DNA from: Chiloscyllium plagiosum
Taxonomy: Eukaryota
Direction of reading: 5' to 3'
DNA length: 64,000 bases
NCBI RefSeq assembly: GCF_004010195.1
Contig: NC_057718.1
Span: 99,229,430-99,293,429, forward strand
Part shown: piece after piece, positions 61,338-64,000 of the stretch
Position numbering within the stretch: the first letter of the stretch is position 1
How the letters are laid out: the number at the start of each line of letters is the position of its first letter
Translations under genes and position numbers: made by a program
The notes under the pieces: model-generated
Seen by the model: only the letters and a program-made list of their open reading frames with translations
Told to the model about the DNA's origin: nothing
The model's database searches: none

Positions 61338-62185
61338 TGATAAGGACCTGGGGAGTGTTGCTGAACAAAGAGACCTTGGAGTGCAGGTTCATAGTTCCCA
61401 CAGGTAGATAGGATAGTGAAGAAGGCATTTGGTATGCTTTCCTTTATTGGTCAGAACGTTGAGAATAGGAGTTAGGAAATTAGGTTGTGGCTGTACAGGA
61501 CGCTTTTGGAATATTGTGTACAATTCTGTTCTCCCCACAACAGGAAGGATGTCGTGAAACTTGAAAGAGAGTTCAGAAAAGATTAACAAGGATGTTGCCA
61601 GGGTTGGAGGGTTTGATCTATAGGGAGAGGCTGAATAGGCTGGGCTTGTTTTCCCTGGAGCCGTCGGGGGCTGAGGGGTGACCTTGTAGAGGTTTATAAA
61701 ATCATGAGGAGTATGGATAGGGTGAATGGATAAGGTCTACTTCCTGGGATGGGGGTATCCGCAAACTAGACAGCATAGGTTTAAGGTGAGTGGGGAAAAG
61801 TGTAAAAGGGACCTAAGGGGTAATTTCTTCATGCAGAGGGTGGTGCATGTATGGGATGAGCTGCCAGAGGAAGTGGTGGAGGCTGGTACAATTACAACAT
61901 TTAAAAGACATCTGGATGGGTCTATCAATAAGGATATAGTTTCCTAATGAAGGGCTTTGGCCCAAAACGTCGGTTTTCCTGCTCTTTGGGTGCTGCCTGA
62001 CCTGCAACACACTCTCAACTCTGACCTCCAGCATCTGCAGACCTCACTGTCTCCATATGAATAAGAGGGGTTTAGAGGGATATGGGCAAGTGCTGGCAAA
62101 TGGAACTAGATTAATTTAGGATATCTGGTCGGCATGGACAAGTTAGACCGAAGGGTCTGTTTCCGTGCTGGACATCTCTGACTCT
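61338..62185 (+). mobile_element. HER1/CR1 LINE 3' fragment with a PLE tail inserted at about 61933-62054
   Basis: RDLGVQVHSS..LEYCVQF..RKDVVKLER..RGDLVEVYKIMRSMDRV..RDLRGNFFMQRVVHVWDELPEEVVEAG. Confidence 0.9.
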
Positions 62186-63739
62186 GGGTTGGCACTGTTG
62201 CCAAACTGCCTGACTTTGTATCAGAGCTAAACAGCGAGGGGGCACAGAATGATTGTGAACTTTCCTAGCTGGGGGGACTCAAGAGTAAAATTGCCAGGCA
62301 AGGCAATGCTGTCGGCATCCAGGAGGGTGCAAAGTGAGTGGATGCCAAGTGTGCAGCCCTGAGATGCACTGGGTCCCGTCTCTGCGTGTAAATTGTCCTC
62401 ATGGCAGTATCGTAATGGAAAGGTGCTGGTGCATTCCAATAGGCAGCAGTGAAGTGAGGAGCCACATTGTAAGTGGATTCGTGATGTGCCATATGGATTT
62501 GGTGAGGCTGGATGCCAATGTGTGTAGACTCGCAGTCATTGCCAGTGGTGCCTGCCCTGAGATGTTACCTGTCCTATATGGAGAAGCAAAGGAGGACATG
62601 GTTAAGCTGGAGTCACCAATTATCCCCTCGGACCATCATGGTGGGAATCGTCACTGTCTTGTTTCTCTCTGGTGAGTGACAGAATAGGAAACATGAGGCG
62701 ATGTTAGTAATAATTATGTATCAATCTAGGTTAGTGCACTCTCTAGCAATAATCCCATATTGCCAATCAAACGTTGGGTTGAAAATTAGCTCTTGGTGTC
62801 TGGAAGCTTCTCTCTGGCCATTTCATGGGATTCTTCCCAACTTTCCCCTCGCTCATTGTCTGGCAAGATTCCACCCACAGGGACGTTTGTTGCAGGTAAG
62901 TCAATCAGTATGATCTATTTATGGAAAGACAATGGATTTTGTGGTTTTCAGGGAAATGAATCTGGAAGAACGTGTCAAAAGAGTTACTTAATTCATGAGG
63001 GCCAAGTAATATTTGAAAGCCTCGCAATTAAGTAGTTTTATGGGAAAAAAGATGGTCTGGTTGTTCATCAGAGAATTAAAACCTCTTATATCATAGATCA
63101 GCTCTTAAAAACAGTTTGGTTTTCCTGCTTGTGACTCTGCCAATGGTTTTGCGAAATGGAAGAGATTGTTTCCCAGGTGATTGATTGATAAGTCCTTGTT
63201 GGGAAGGATAAGCTTACTTTGGAACACACTTTAAGAGCTATCTGGCTGTTTGCAAACAAAAGGGCTGTTTTGTCTTTGACATCTATGGATATACTGTGAC
63301 AGGTAAACGCCTTCTTGGCTTTATTCTATCTGAATAGTTAAACAATACATTTCAGTCGGTTTCATCTCTGAGGAGGTAATTTTCAACTGTATCCATTTCC
63401 AAGCACACTTATACCAAGCTCACCGTGAATTGGGGGTTATGTTGCTTGCCCAGAATGATCTGTTAAGATACTCTCACACCTCCTTCCACTATGTTGGATA
63501 TCCAGTCTCCAGAATGCTCAGAGGAATCAGGTGAATAGAGGACAGTTGTGGTCCCTGATGCAAATCTATTGGGGCCTTTGTTTGAGATTTTCAGAGGCCC
63601 AGAATGAGAGGGCATAGGTTTAGGGTGAGAGGGGAACGTTTTAAAGCAATTGGCTTCCAAGCAATTTCTCAGCATGGTCTGCAATTGACAATTAATCCAA
63701 TCCCAACAAAGTAAGAACAACAGTAAAGCCTCATAATAC

Positions 63740-64000
63740 AGAGAGCTGGAGTAGGCCATTCTGCCCATCAAGTCTGTCCTACCATTCAGTCTGATCGTGG
63801 GTGGTTGAACACTTTAATGCCTTTTACATGCCCCATAAACCATGTAAGCCACTGGTAATCATAAATCTACCAACTATTGTCTTAATCGTACTCAAAGACT
63901 GAGCCTTCAACTCCCTCAGTGGTAATTTTTTCATGCAGAAGTGGTCAGTGTATGGAATGAGCTGCCAGAGGAAGTGACAATATTTAAAAGGCGTCTGGAT
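63740..64000. mobile_element. CR1 fragments on both strands
   Basis: GAGCTGGAGTAGGCCATTC (minus-strand 3' end) and TGGAATGAGCTGCCAGAGGAAGTG (plus strand). Confidence 0.7.

Noticed and set aside
62200..62680. Overlapping ORFs of 66-113 aa, possibly a transposase remnant
   Set aside because: No convincing catalytic or family motif could be read.
62700..63470. Possible old solo LTR
   Set aside because: The composition is suggestive, but I found no TSD, clear termini or second copy in the window.
1..64000. Prokaryotic operon, defence system or viral gene cluster
   Set aside because: No ORF exceeds 200 aa, and every interpretable ORF is a vertebrate retroelement fragment.

Overview
Eukaryotic, non-coding, transposon-saturated DNA from a cartilaginous fish. 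The HE1/V-SINE-like SINEs, HER1/CR1 LINEs and Penelope repeats point to a shark, probably a carpet or bamboo shark (inference). I could not recognise any host protein-coding exon. The ORF track consists of retroelement fragments (Penelope GIY-YIG, CR1, Rex-Babar, L2/CR1-group, Tx1-like C-termini) or noise. The most notable structures are: (1) at least four Penelope-associated families carrying minimal type I hammerhead ribozyme motifs with covarying stems, one with a U3:A8 compensatory core; (2) a small solo-LTR family with 5-bp TSDs whose TATA-adjacent site AAACAGGAG is empty in one copy, hit serially by Tx1-like 3' ends in a second, and hit by a Penelope inverted dimer in a third; (3) nested and palindromic Penelope insertions with clear TSDs; (4) a Mutator-like non-autonomous element with a ~10-bp TSD; (5) a 24-bp minisatellite. 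There is one 12-N assembly gap at 45456-45467. Repeat boundaries were read by eye and are approximate unless a TSD is given. Family names come from recalled sequence resemblance, not from database searches.
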